64,000 nucleotides of DNA from a virus (IMGVR_UViG_3300011008_000027:1-64000); one strand, 5' to 3'; numbered from the stretch's first letter, positions 53,539 to 64,000 are shown. A program made the numbers and translations. The notes: generated by a model from the letters alone, not told the origin.

Positions 53539-53643
53539 CTCCTTTCATCCATATAAATAATATATTTTTTAAATGGATGAAAGTAAAGTCAAAAAACATG
53601 ACTATAAATTACAATTAGCGAATATGAAAGGAGATGAGAAAGT

Positions 53644-54963
53644 ATGGCTCATTTTCTTAGTACGGAAAATTCAAATTACATCAATAAAAATATTGAAATA
53701 TATACAAAAAATAAAGTTGGTCAATACTCTAAATATCTGAACTCTAATCCGATATTTGTAACTTATTATTCATTAAGTGATGCTAATATAAGAGCAGATA
53801 GTGGCTTAGGTGGAGTTGAAGAAGAAATAGGTCCTCAATCTCCATTACGATGGAATAAAATATTAGAATTTCCATTATATAATATACCAGATTTGAAACC
53901 TCAATTACAAGATGAAGATAATGGTACAGATATAGAGTTAGACTTAAATGATATAGCTCTATTACCAAATACATTAAAACCCAAGCCAGAAGATTACTTT
54001 ATAATAGATATACCGAATGTAAAACCTTTACTTTTTAGAGTAAATAGCTTCGGATATAACAGTATTCAATCTAATGACTATTATACATTAGAAGCTGATC
54101 TATGGCATATCGGTGCTAATGCATACGATATGATTCAACCTCAAGTTATAGATGAGTATTCTTGTATATTCGAAAACATTGGTACTGATGATAAATGTTT
54201 TATTAAGAATACTGATTTGGATAAAGTATATGCTCTTGAGAGATGTATAATGGAGATAAGAGATTGGTATACATCTATATACTATAATAAATACTTAAAT
54301 TTATTCTGGCAACGATCGGGCTATATAAATAATCATTTCGAAGATGTTTGGAATTATGACATATATCTTACACGGTTTATAAATGAATCTAAAATCTTTC
54401 AGGATGATTTTAATATAAATTCTATAGTATTAACATATGATGATAATATCCCATCGAATTTTGAATTCATGTGGAGAAAGACGTTATTCTATGCTATATT
54501 AAAAAGAGATACTTCTTTCTTAATGACCAATCTTTATAATGTAGGCAATAATATTACCAAAAGATATAGTGTACTCAATCTCCATGGATATGATTGTAAA
54601 TCTGTAAATCTTATTGACTTTAATGGTAAACTTCCTATAGGATTGAATTATAAATTGACTCTTCCTATAGAACATTATTTTTCTAATCAGCTAATTACAA
54701 CATTAGTAACTGAAGATAGTAAACCAGATAGTTTGAATTATATAGAAACTATAATTTTCAATTATCTTAAAAACTTAAATAATAATATCGATATAAAGCA
54801 AATCGAAAAAGAGTTTATGAAGAATGATATAGAAAATTTTAAATTAATACCTATATTAATTTACATATTATTTCAAATTCATTCAGATTATTTTAAGCAG
54901 GAAGATACAAAATTCTTAGATCGTAACATTAATAACTATAATCAAAAGTTTGAATTGCGATAA
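53644..54963 (+). CDS. Probable virion neck/head-completion protein
   Basis: 439 aa; late promoter motif at 53595-53606; upstream of terminase; function inferred from context. Confidence 0.35.
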   Translation: MAHFLSTENSNYINKNIEIYTKNKVGQYSKYLNSNPIFVTYYSLSDANIRADSGLGGVEEEIGPQSPLRWNKILEFPLYNIPDLKPQLQDEDNGTDIELDLNDIALLPNTLKPKPEDYFIIDIPNVKPLLFRVNSFGYNSIQSNDYYTLEADLWHIGANAYDMIQPQVIDEYSCIFENIGTDDKCFIKNTDLDKVYALERCIMEIRDWYTSIYYNKYLNLFWQRSGYINNHFEDVWNYDIYLTRFINESKIFQDDFNINSIVLTYDDNIPSNFEFMWRKTLFYAILKRDTSFLMTNLYNVGNNITKRYSVLNLHGYDCKSVNLIDFNGKLPIGLNYKLTLPIEHYFSNQLITTLVTEDSKPDSLNYIETIIFNYLKNLNNNIDIKQIEKEFMKNDIENFKLIPILIYILFQIHSDYFKQEDTKFLDRNINNYNQKFELR

Positions 54964-55201
54964 AAGGAGGTTGATATACTCTATGCAGAAAATAAATATT
55001 GACTCTAACGGTTACTTTAATACAGATATTAAAGCACATACAATTGAATTTACTGATTATGAAGCTAAGAAACTTCAACGTGAAAAGTTTAATATAGATT
55101 ATAAAACTAAAGATTTACAATTTGATAATTTTAATTTGAATATAGATAGATTTGATGAAACATATAGATTTACAACGAAAGGAGATAAAAACAATGAGTA
55201 A
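54950..55201 (+). CDS. Small hypothetical protein
   Basis: AAAAGGAGG RBS suggests a start at MQKIN. Confidence 0.5.
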   Translation: MNCDKRRLIYSMQKINIDSNGYFNTDIKAHTIEFTDYEAKKLQREKFNIDYKTKDLQFDNFNLNIDRFDETYRFTTKGDKNNE

Positions 55202-55946
55202 AAAGAATCATTTACGTGGACTTGATAAGCAAATAAGAGAAAAAAGTCCTGTTATAGATAAAATATTAAGTAACTTTGATAATGATGACGACAGTGAATT
55301 CAGTGCAATTGAAAGTGCTGTTTATGGAGAAGACTCGGGTTTCGATATCAATGATGTCGAAGATATGTCATTTATACTTGAGGAATATTCTGATATAGAT
55401 GACGATGACGACGATGATGATTATGACGACTACAGTGACGATGAAGAAGAAGATAATATTGTCGAAGATATGAAGTCTGATAATTTTGATGATGAAGACG
55501 AGTTGGATTATGATGATGGAACTCATCGTTCGTCTAAAAAGAAGAAAAAGAAATGCAAAGATGATGATGAATGCGATGAAGATGACGACGATGATGATTT
55601 GTTTATGGATGAAGATGATATAGACCTCGGTTATGAGTCGGTACTTACACCGAGTAAAAAAATAAAATCACATAAACAGAAAAGTAAAAATAAAGGGAAG
55701 AAAGTCAACATTGACGATGAATTAGATACTGATCTCGATGAAGATTCCGATGATCCTGATTTGGATTATATGGATGGAGCAGAGGATTACAATTTTGAAT
55801 CAACTCTTGCAGACATCGACTTTGGTGAAGTTATGAAAGCAGTAGATTTATATAACGATGATAACATAATTGTAAAAGAATCGTTATCAGTCGTTGAAGG
55901 TATAAATGACGACTTTTATAGCTTAATCGATGATGATGATTTATAA
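55194..55946 (+). CDS. Highly acidic (Asp/Glu-rich) protein
   Basis: Poly-Asp tracts, AIES/GYES/NFES motifs. Confidence 0.6.
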   Translation: MSKKNHLRGLDKQIREKSPVIDKILSNFDNDDDSEFSAIESAVYGEDSGFDINDVEDMSFILEEYSDIDDDDDDDDYDDYSDDEEEDNIVEDMKSDNFDDEDELDYDDGTHRSSKKKKKKCKDDDECDEDDDDDDLFMDEDDIDLGYESVLTPSKKIKSHKQKSKNKGKKVNIDDELDTDLDEDSDDPDLDYMDGAEDYNFESTLADIDFGEVMKAVDLYNDDNIIVKESLSVVEGINDDFYSLIDDDDL

Positions 55947-56151
55947 TTTCCTTATATGGATTTTGGTAACCCCCGCGAAATAATATTTTGCGTAGTATTA
56001 TTTATGCGCGGTTTACACATATATGTTATATTTAATTTAATAACCTCAAGCAAATCAAATGGAATAACATTATGGGCTATTACAGTCCATAATGTTATTT
56101 CGTATTTTTTTCTTTGTGTGAATAACTACATAATGAAAAGGAGGGATCATT

Positions 56152-58470
56152 ATGGCTTTAATTGACAATTTTGTGACAAGTAATGAACCAAAAATATATA
56201 GAGATAATGATTATGATTTCTTAATGAGTAATCTTAAAGATATTCAAAATGAAGATCATTCAAATAGAGTAATGGAAGAGCAGTTCAAGACCATAACTGA
56301 AAATATTAGTGTAAATTATGCCAGACCAAAGACTCTTAAACGAAAACCAATTTATGATTGGGATACAAAAAATAAATCATTTTTAGATTTATATAATGAT
56401 TTATATAACCTTGGTGTTAAGAATAATAAATTCTTCTTGAGATTATATGATAGAGATTTAAAAGGAATAAATCCGTTTCAACCAAATTTACCCATTGAAT
56501 TACAACTTAAAATAGCCATCGAGTGTAAAATAAACCCATATTATTTTCTAAGAGAAGTTAGTAGAATACCTGTTGATGGTCTTCCGATAGAAATAGGTGG
56601 AGGTAGTCAATACATAATGGATAGAAATAATATAGCTGCTTGGTATCTACTATTAAATGGTATAGATATATATAGAAGTAAACCAAGACAGTGTGGAAAA
56701 ACACAAGACTCATTAGCATTTCTAAATTATGCCTATCATTTTGGTACTCAATCATCAAACATTCTCAATTTTAATAAAAAAGCACCTGATGCTCAAATGA
56801 ATTTGGGAAGATTGAAAGTACAAAGAGATATGCTCCCACTATATCTGCAAATGAGATTAGGTTTTTCTGATGATGGTAAGATAGTAAAAGAAGTAGATAA
56901 CGTAAAGACTATGTGGAATCCTATTACAAAGAATAAAATATATTGTATGGCTAGTGCAACAGGTAAAGATGCAGCTAATCAACTTGGTCGTGGTTTTACA
57001 TCGGCTTTACAATTCTTTGATGAATTCGACTTTACACCTTGGAATACAACCATTCTTACATCAGCAGGTCCTGCATATGTTACTGCACATATGAATGCTA
57101 TTAAAGCAGGGGCATTATCTGCTCGAATATTCTCATCAACACCGGGAGATTTGGATTCACGAGATGGTGCTACTGCAACAGCGATGGTTAAGAAAATGCT
57201 TGTATGGAAAGATGAATATCTTGATATGGATATTAATAAATTCAAATCCATATTAGATAATAAATTACTCTATAATGGTATAGTATTTATAGAACATTAC
57301 TGGAAGCAACTTAAGAAAACAATGGATTGGTACGAATTACAATGTAGAGCTCTTAACTACGATCAAACAGCAATAGCAAGAGAAATTGATCTTAAAAGAA
57401 TACGTGGTAATTCAAATTCGCCATTCTCTCAGAAAGATTTATATTTCTTAGAGCATAACGTCAAAGAACCTATAAGGGAAGTTGATTATACTAGCACTCT
57501 TACTCCGTTCTATTTCTATGAAGAATTAGATAAAAGATATAACTATATATTAGCAGTCGACCCAGCAGAAGGTCTTAGTCAAGATAATAATGCTATTACA
57601 ATAATAAACCCATATACTCTTAAAGTAGCAGTAGAGTTTAAATCAAGTTATATTAATCAAACTGAATTGTCTAAGATAATAGTTAAGTTTATGGATAACT
57701 TTTGTCCGAAGTCATTAATAATAGTAGAAAATAATAGAGGTAGAGAATTAATTCATAGATTATTGGATACCAAATATAAAAACAGAGTTTGGTATGATAA
57801 AGATAAACTTGATGGAAAATTCAGCGAGAAAGTAAATGAATATGGTGCTACTGTATATAAAAGCGTTTTAGATCAATCATATGGTTTTAATACTAATACT
57901 TCTAGTAGGAATATTCTTATGACTATACTCGAAAGGGAAGTTCACGAGAATAAACGGAATATCATTTCTAAATTCGTTATAGATGATATCCTCGGTCTTG
58001 AAAGAACTCCCTCAGGAAAAATAAAAGCATCTGAAAGTGCACAAGCCCATGATGATAATGTAATGTCTTGGTTAATCGGTCTTTGTGTATATTACCATGC
58101 ATCTAACTTAGAAGAATATGGAATTATAAGGGGTCAGAAAGAACCTGCTAAATTTGATCCTAATGATCCTAAATATATAAAGCAAAAAGTTATGGAGCTT
58201 ATTGAAAGACTTCCTGAGGAAATAAGAAGTCAATTTAACCAATATGAAGATAAAAATGAAGTTTCTGATTCTTGGAAATATGCTAAGCAAATAGAAGAAG
58301 AACAGAAACGATTTAAATATGAAAATCCACAATATATGAATCAAGATGAATATAATGAATATGCTAATAATGAAGAAGCGATATTTGATAATATGCAAAG
58401 ATATCTCCTCGAGAATGATTACTACTTTAATAATCATAATAATGATATCGATATTGATGATTTAATATAA
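56152..58470 (+). CDS. terL: Terminase large subunit
   Basis: KPRQCGKT Walker A, FFDEFDF Walker B, SSTPG, AVDPAEGLSQD RNase H-like nuclease, HDDNVMS. Confidence 0.92.
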   Translation: MALIDNFVTSNEPKIYRDNDYDFLMSNLKDIQNEDHSNRVMEEQFKTITENISVNYARPKTLKRKPIYDWDTKNKSFLDLYNDLYNLGVKNNKFFLRLYDRDLKGINPFQPNLPIELQLKIAIECKINPYYFLREVSRIPVDGLPIEIGGGSQYIMDRNNIAAWYLLLNGIDIYRSKPRQCGKTQDSLAFLNYAYHFGTQSSNILNFNKKAPDAQMNLGRLKVQRDMLPLYLQMRLGFSDDGKIVKEVDNVKTMWNPITKNKIYCMASATGKDAANQLGRGFTSALQFFDEFDFTPWNTTILTSAGPAYVTAHMNAIKAGALSARIFSSTPGDLDSRDGATATAMVKKMLVWKDEYLDMDINKFKSILDNKLLYNGIVFIEHYWKQLKKTMDWYELQCRALNYDQTAIAREIDLKRIRGNSNSPFSQKDLYFLEHNVKEPIREVDYTSTLTPFYFYEELDKRYNYILAVDPAEGLSQDNNAITIINPYTLKVAVEFKSSYINQTELSKIIVKFMDNFCPKSLIIVENNRGRELIHRLLDTKYKNRVWYDKDKLDGKFSEKVNEYGATVYKSVLDQSYGFNTNTSSRNILMTILEREVHENKRNIISKFVIDDILGLERTPSGKIKASESAQAHDDNVMSWLIGLCVYYHASNLEEYGIIRGQKEPAKFDPNDPKYIKQKVMELIERLPEEIRSQFNQYEDKNEVSDSWKYAKQIEEEQKRFKYENPQYMNQDEYNEYANNEEAIFDNMQRYLLENDYYFNNHNNDIDIDDLI

Positions 58471-58546
58471 TTATATATTTACTATAAAACAAAGCGTTAA
58501 AATTTTAAACCTCTAACGAGAAATATGTAGAAAGGGGAAATGGTTA

Positions 58547-59320
58547 ATGGAAGAATTTTATTTAGAAATATCCGATATATTGGATAATTTCAATCTTAAT
58601 CAAATAAGCGATATATTAACTAATAATATATTAAGTCCAGAAGCTGAATTTGATAATGATATTCCTATAAATTATTTTTCCATATTATATGCTAAATATA
58701 AAAATATGCTTGAAGAATATGACGATCCAGATATAAAAAGAGCTATAGAAGATAGATTTTCTGAGATATGCTTGATGTTTATTGATATAATGAAAACTAA
58801 ATTCGAATTTGAATTAAGTGAAGATTACATGTCAACTAATTCAAATAATTTAGTACCAATAACAGTCGCACTATATTCGTTCTTTGTTATAGACTATAAA
58901 GCAATAGTTACTAAGATTCTTATTAACTATATCAAGAAATATTACAATGATATCTATAAAATCTTCGGCGCTCTTAAAAATAGAAAAGATGTAAGTACTT
59001 CGGCTAATAAAAACACGGAAACAAAATCGGATCTTTCTATTATAATGGCTAATATTCATATGATAGCCGAATGGGTAATGGATAATCTCGAATCTCTCGA
59101 TGATATTCTCGAGTATATGGATCATGACTATATATATTATTCTTTCATTAAAAAACTTAATGATGAAAATCATATTACCGGACGAATTGCATATAATTAT
59201 AATCGGATATTTAAGAAGAGCATTACTCTTAAAGCAGAAATTGCATTTGATGTATTATCTGCTTTAGGTATAAATATTTCTAAAGTAGTAAATTTAAGCA
59301 AACCAAATGAGGAGGAATAA
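58547..59320 (+). CDS. Hypothetical protein (late)
   Basis: 257 aa; late promoter motif at 58488-58499. Confidence 0.6.
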   Translation: MEEFYLEISDILDNFNLNQISDILTNNILSPEAEFDNDIPINYFSILYAKYKNMLEEYDDPDIKRAIEDRFSEICLMFIDIMKTKFEFELSEDYMSTNSNNLVPITVALYSFFVIDYKAIVTKILINYIKKYYNDIYKIFGALKNRKDVSTSANKNTETKSDLSIIMANIHMIAEWVMDNLESLDDILEYMDHDYIYYSFIKKLNDENHITGRIAYNYNRIFKKSITLKAEIAFDVLSALGINISKVVNLSKPNEEE

Positions 59321-60446
59321 AATGATGCTTAATCAAGACAATCAAACCTACAATCCCATCGATCTTAGTAAGTTTCCGGATAAGCTTCGTAATAATGCTG
59401 AAATACTTCAGAGAATGATGGAGATACAAAAGGCAAAAGAGACTCTTAATACGGCAGCGCATGAGCAAGAGATAAATAATATAACTAAAACAGACTTTAG
59501 AGAGGATTATGTTTTAACTGACGAAGAAAAGAAAGAGTATGAGAAGCGTATCAAATTCGACGAATTTGAAAATATGCATCTGATTGAGATTCTTACAATC
59601 AGAAAAGCTATCCATAAGAATTTATCCAATCTTATGGAAGGTAAAAGTAATGCTCTATCATATTTAGTATTAGAACATACATTTAGTGAGCTACTTAATA
59701 AATTTGATGATCCGGGGTTACAAGATAATGCACTTGATGCTAAGACATTCAATAGCTACAAAGAAAGTATCGAAGAAGAACTTACTGTGTTTAGGAAGAG
59801 CTTTGCAAAGGATTTTGCATCATTCAAGTATGGATTAAAATTGTGTGACGATCAACTAGCTAAGTTCGATAATCCAGATTCTCTCAAGTTTATTACAAGC
59901 GAGATTCTTTTTTCGTTTACTAAAAATAAGGAAATGGTAGAGAAATCGTTTAATGATAAGACTATTACTGAGAAGGAATATAAGCATATTATATCTGCAA
60001 ATGATATATGTTTAGATGCCATAGCTAATCGCCTTGATCTTAGTTATATAAAGAAAAAGTTCAATTGTGAGAATAAGGCATTCAGAAATCATTTAAAGAG
60101 AGTCGTAAAGTTGTCAAGCGATAAACTTTTTGAAAGAACGGATAGAATCCTTGGGGAAAATATGAGAACTGAAAATCTTAATAACTCCATAACATTTCTT
60201 AAAGAGAGATATAAAGATAAGAAATATGGAGATCGATTCTCGGAAGTTATTTTCGATTTCTCTGCTCATATGATAAAGTCGGGATTAAATAGTGGACATT
60301 ATATATATTGGAAACTATTTATAGGTAATATCTCGGCAATTGTTACAGGAAATTTTGATATGGAAGAAATGAATAAAGATACTTATCTTGAGTCGATAGA
60401 CACTTTGTATCCAGAATTCGAGAAAATTTATCTTGAATTTCAATAA
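59307..60446 (+). CDS. Hypothetical protein
   Basis: 379-aa ORF; start likely MMLNQ after GAGGAGG. Confidence 0.6.
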   Translation: MRRNKMMLNQDNQTYNPIDLSKFPDKLRNNAEILQRMMEIQKAKETLNTAAHEQEINNITKTDFREDYVLTDEEKKEYEKRIKFDEFENMHLIEILTIRKAIHKNLSNLMEGKSNALSYLVLEHTFSELLNKFDDPGLQDNALDAKTFNSYKESIEEELTVFRKSFAKDFASFKYGLKLCDDQLAKFDNPDSLKFITSEILFSFTKNKEMVEKSFNDKTITEKEYKHIISANDICLDAIANRLDLSYIKKKFNCENKAFRNHLKRVVKLSSDKLFERTDRILGENMRTENLNNSITFLKERYKDKKYGDRFSEVIFDFSAHMIKSGLNSGHYIYWKLFIGNISAIVTGNFDMEEMNKDTYLESIDTLYPEFEKIYLEFQ

Positions 60447-60480
60447 TATATCATATTAGTGTATATACATAAACAAATGT

Positions 60481-60927
60481 GTGTACACTAATATTTATAA
60501 CGAAAGGAGATTGATTAAGATGATTCAAGCTTTTGTGATTGGATCTAGGGAATCTGATTTCACTAGAGGAAAGGTAACGGTAACGGGGCAACAGTTATAT
60601 CCTGTCGGATATGCGATCCCTGCGATCGTTAAAAATTCGGGCTGTGTCGGTTTATGTGATATAACATCTATCACAATAACTGAAGATAGTACTACTATAA
60701 ACTTCAAGCTCATTAAGATTTCATCTGATGAGAGGAAGGCTTATTACAGGTTATACCAGACCAACAGCGGAGCAAGCAATACCTACGATTCCGATTATCT
60801 GTCAAATACTGATCAGATAATACCGGGTATGATGGGGCTTAGTAATTCGAAAGCTCCTGACAAGCCTGCAAAGAAGTCAAAGAAAGCGTCGTCATTCTGT
60901 GAGGCTCTCGGTTTAGATGACTTTTAA
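60481..60927 (+). CDS. Hypothetical protein
   Basis: Start likely MIQAF after GAAAGGAG. Confidence 0.55.
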   Translation: MYTNIYNERRLIKMIQAFVIGSRESDFTRGKVTVTGQQLYPVGYAIPAIVKNSGCVGLCDITSITITEDSTTINFKLIKISSDERKAYYRLYQTNSGASNTYDSDYLSNTDQIIPGMMGLSNSKAPDKPAKKSKKASSFCEALGLDDF

Positions 60928-61017
60928 GATCCACGTTCTTCCTTCCTTCTTATAACCCATTATGGGTATTTAGATACGAATAGGTTAATTCCTATTCGTA
61001 TCTTTTTCTTTTTTTTT

Positions 61018-61776
61018 TTACATTCTTAATATATCTTCAAATGGTGATTCAGATTGTCCTGTATTACTTCTTGACATATTAATTGATGATGTTAACATAG
61101 TTCCCATATCCTCAAATGTAAGAGCAGACATAACGTTTGTATATGATGTAACCTGTCTTGCATTAATTGGAAGATAACCCTGTTGATCATAATTAACATT
61201 TTTACCGGCTATCATTCTATACGGGTTCTTTGGATTATTCTTATCCCTACATAATGTAGCTACCATAGCTTCTATAGTAACTACAGGAACTCCAAGTCCA
61301 ACATCATTTATATTAAAATTCTTTAACCATAAACTAGATAAATCTTTATATGGTATTGAATCAGGTAATTTAGCTGACATCATCATATTAAGATATTTCT
61401 CTGAATTTAATGAATCTTTTTTCACTTTAGATTGCATTACAATATCTCCTCTATAATACTTCAATACATAGTATTGAGTTTCAGGAAGAGAATCAGTAAG
61501 TGTAAGTTTCATCTGAGTAAACTCTGATGGTTTGGTTTCTATTAAGTTCGGATAACAGAAAGTTCTCAATTTTATTTTTTCTCTATCTGCATCGGGGTCA
61601 TTAAATACTCTAACATTAAAAACCCCGATAAGATGAAAACTATCTCCAACCATAGCTGCTATTACTGATGCTTTATCTGCTCTATCAGCGGGTTCGAATA
61701 AATCTTTTTCTATATAAGCTTCCATATATGGTGCATCTAAATAGATATAATCTTCATCCTTTATAAATACTCCCAT
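61018..61776 (-). CDS. Phage RNA polymerase beta' extreme C-terminal fragment
   Basis: VPVVTIEAMVATLCRD resembles KHIEVIVRQM; SALTFEDMGTMLTSSI resembles SAASFQETTRVLTEAA. Confidence 0.6.
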   Translation of the reverse strand: MGVFIKDEDYIYLDAPYMEAYIEKDLFEPADRADKASVIAAMVGDSFHLIGVFNVRVFNDPDADREKIKLRTFCYPNLIETKPSEFTQMKLTLTDSLPETQYYVLKYYRGDIVMQSKVKKDSLNSEKYLNMMMSAKLPDSIPYKDLSSLWLKNFNINDVGLGVPVVTIEAMVATLCRDKNNPKNPYRMIAGKNVNYDQQGYLPINARQVTSYTNVMSALTFEDMGTMLTSSINMSRSNTGQSESPFEDILRM

Positions 61777-61930
61777 ATTTATCCTCCTTTCACAAATAGA
61801 CTACGTTATATATGAGTTTTAAAAACTATTTTCTCAGTATACTGAAATTTATAACTATTATTTAAAGAAAATAAAAGACCTTTTATGACCCATATTATTC
61901 GCTCAAATGAACGATTGAGGGTCTAGGGCT

Positions 61931-61942
61931 AACAAATATTTA
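61931..61942 (+). promoter_or_regulatory. Late promoter motif AACA-N6-TA (representative copy, upstream of tail sheath)
   Basis: Also at 5349(-), 17325(+), 31131(-), 34606(-), 38904(-), 47276(+), 50631(+), 51904(+), 53595(+), 58488(+); matches the AR9 late-promoter consensus. Confidence 0.65.
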
Positions 61943-61974
61943 AAAAATCATTTTAAAAGAAAGGAGGCAATAAT

Positions 61975-64000
61975 ATGCCTAGAAACGGACAAATCATTCC
62001 TTCGTGGAATTTCCCTCATACGGAAACATTTATAAACGATTATTCGGAAATAAGCAATGCAGTTACAGCATATAGTTCGTCTTCTGGTATTACATATATG
62101 CTCCATGTCTTTACATCTCCGAAAGGAAGAGATGGCGAGTTGATGACTATTAATAATGGTCTCACTGGCTTTATAAATGAATTCGGTCTCGGTTCAGGTG
62201 TAAAATATGGTCAGCCGTATATGAATGCATATGCATCCGCTTCTACAGGTGCAGCAGTTCTTCAGTGCCTTCGTGTTACTGATGACGCTGCAACGTACTC
62301 GAACATTACTGTTTATGCAGCTTATAAGACAACCATTACATCTGATCAGATTACTAAAAGTGAATATGATGGGTTGGTAGCTAATGGTGCAGTTAGTGGT
62401 CTTATCAGTAATGGAGCAGATGTAGAGGAAGTCGAGGATCTCGATGAAGAGACAACTCTTTATTATAAAGCATCCAAGTCCTTTAAGGTAAAATTTATTG
62501 CAGGTTCCAATCCTAATGTGAATGATACTACAAATATAAGTAATATCGGACCTCTTGATGTAGCAACAGCAACAGCTGATAGAGATACGGCTGCTATAGA
62601 AAGTGATATAGCAACAATCAGAGGTTCGAATTATGATGCAGTTGTTCCTCTCTTTACTGTTGTAAGTAGAGGTAAAGGAACTTATGGTAAAGAGTATGCT
62701 ATTAAGTTCTCTAATATACCTACACTTAATAAACAGAACGCATTCCAGAATTATAATTTCCAAGTACTTGATTCTGCAAACTCAGCAAATAATGAATATT
62801 ATTCGGTAGTAGTCGATGATGAAGCCGCTATTTCGGGTGCTAGTTTGTATATTGATGACTTGGTTAATGATCCTGTAAGCGGTTCTAATAAAGTGAGAAT
62901 TTATACATATATCGACTCTTTCGCTTCGATATATGATGAATATAAAACAATAGCTAGTACAGATCTTGAATTCGGTGCTTTTGATTTCTTGCTTGGTGTT
63001 AATAAGACAACAAAACAGGGAATTGACGGTTATAACATCGTAGTTCAGAATCCTACTGGAGAAACACTTCCTGATGGATTCGAAGTAGTATCATTTAATG
63101 CTACATATGGTATTACTCTCAAAGAAGGTTCTGACGGATTTTTCGATGAGAAAAATATCACAGATGCAGATCTTACAGCTTACAACACCGCTAATAGTAC
63201 AACTTTTACAAAAGCTCAGCTTAAAGAGAAACGTATAAATGATGCTTATGTTAAAGCATTTAGTGGTGTAACTGATCCTCATATTAAATCGAAGACAAGA
63301 TTCCCTGTAACAATGATACTCGATGCTAATTATGAACCAAATATAAAGGCATTGATATCTTCTCTTGCTACAGCTCGTACAGACTGCGTAGCAATGTTCG
63401 ACTGTGGAACTGAATTCTATACAAAAGAATCCATAATTCCTTATGTAAGAACGAATCTTTCCAGTGCCTTGGAAAGAGTTCATACAGTCGTACCTCTCTA
63501 TGGAAAGGTAAGAGAACCATATGCTTCTAAGCTTATGACAGTTACATGGACATATCTTGCAGCAAGTGCTATACCATATCATTTTGCTAGAAACAATGGT
63601 AAACATGTACCGTTTGCCGGAGCAAATTATGGTATACTCGATGGCTTTGTAAATGGTACCGCATTCCCTGTTTTCGAGCAGGATCTCGATGCAGATATTA
63701 TGGAACAGCTTATTGATGAAAATATCAACTATGCTAAGTATTTGCTTGGCGGCTCACTTTGCATAGCAACTCAGAATACACGTCAGACTAAGCTTACGGA
63801 TCTTTCTGAGCTTAATGCAGTTTTGATCTTACTCGATGTTAAACGTGATGTTGAGAACTTAGTAAGTAATTATGAGTATCTCTTCAATGATGCTGAAATG
63901 ATCTCGGTGTTCAATAGAGACGTTAAGACAATTCTTGGTAACTATCAGGGTACTCAGGTGAGATCGATCGAAGCTAACTTCGAGTCGAACGAGTGGGAAT
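61975..64000 (+). CDS. Tail sheath protein (3'-truncated by the window)
   Basis: ATG after AAAGGAGG; frame open to the end; FINEFG..KYGQP..LRV N-terminal and TQNT..LSELNAV..L C-terminal sheath-like motifs; late promoter motif at 61931-61942. Confidence 0.8.
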   Translation, partial: MPRNGQIIPSWNFPHTETFINDYSEISNAVTAYSSSSGITYMLHVFTSPKGRDGELMTINNGLTGFINEFGLGSGVKYGQPYMNAYASASTGAAVLQCLRVTDDAATYSNITVYAAYKTTITSDQITKSEYDGLVANGAVSGLISNGADVEEVEDLDEETTLYYKASKSFKVKFIAGSNPNVNDTTNISNIGPLDVATATADRDTAAIESDIATIRGSNYDAVVPLFTVVSRGKGTYGKEYAIKFSNIPTLNKQNAFQNYNFQVLDSANSANNEYYSVVVDDEAAISGASLYIDDLVNDPVSGSNKVRIYTYIDSFASIYDEYKTIASTDLEFGAFDFLLGVNKTTKQGIDGYNIVVQNPTGETLPDGFEVVSFNATYGITLKEGSDGFFDEKNITDADLTAYNTANSTTFTKAQLKEKRINDAYVKAFSGVTDPHIKSKTRFPVTMILDANYEPNIKALISSLATARTDCVAMFDCGTEFYTKESIIPYVRTNLSSALERVHTVVPLYGKVREPYASKLMTVTWTYLAASAIPYHFARNNGKHVPFAGANYGILDGFVNGTAFPVFEQDLDADIMEQLIDENINYAKYLLGGSLCIATQNTRQTKLTDLSELNAVLILLDVKRDVENLVSNYEYLFNDAEMISVFNRDVKTILGNYQGTQVRSIEANFESNEWE

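Noticed and set aside
55956-56165. 69-aa ORF upstream of terminase
   Set aside because: No RBS and the region consists of two inverted repeats; probably non-coding
62194-63606. Minus-strand ORFs 62194..62763 and 63091..63606, and similar antisense ORFs elsewhere
   Set aside because: Shadow frames opposite well-supported genes such as the tail sheath
1-64000. Stop-codon reassignment
   Set aside because: Genes are full-length under code 11; the apparent truncations are explained by introns or a frameshift
1-64000. tRNA or rRNA genes
   Set aside because: No cloverleaf with T-loop/D-loop consensus or rRNA-like segment recognised by eye; a tRNAscan-SE run would confirm

Overview
AT-rich (roughly 30% GC by eye) segment of a jumbo myophage genome resembling the PBS1/AR9/phiKZ-related lineage. 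Strong Shine-Dalgarno sites suggest a Firmicutes host (inference). It encodes split multisubunit RNA polymerase beta' pieces (two different DYDGD catalytic subunits, a bridge-helix/trigger-loop subunit and a C-terminal piece), a terminase large subunit, tail sheath, baseplate and tail-fibre proteins, paralogous internal head proteins, a GH73 muramidase, a papain-like protease and a protein kinase. Main observations not visible in the ORF track: (1) a ~620-nt dual-repeat array at 8583-9205 (16 units of ~38-39 nt: edge repeat/spacer/loop repeat/spacer) with TIGR-array architecture, plus a nuclease-less Nop/IS110-like (TasA-like) protein gene about 25 kb away (34712-35773), both behind the same early-promoter motif; (2) three closely related ORF-less group I introns, each inserted after a GAT (Asp) codon in a functionally critical motif (kinase DYG, RNAP DYDGD, RNAP bridge helix) and each with its own P1/P10 guide; (3) a probable -1 frameshift extending a baseplate/tail assembly chaperone; (4) recurrent early (AAAATATATYAT) and AR9-like late (AACA-N6-TA) promoter motifs; (5) a candidate structured ncRNA at ~21.55-22.02 kb. 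All protein calls come from motif recognition by eye; no database searches were run.
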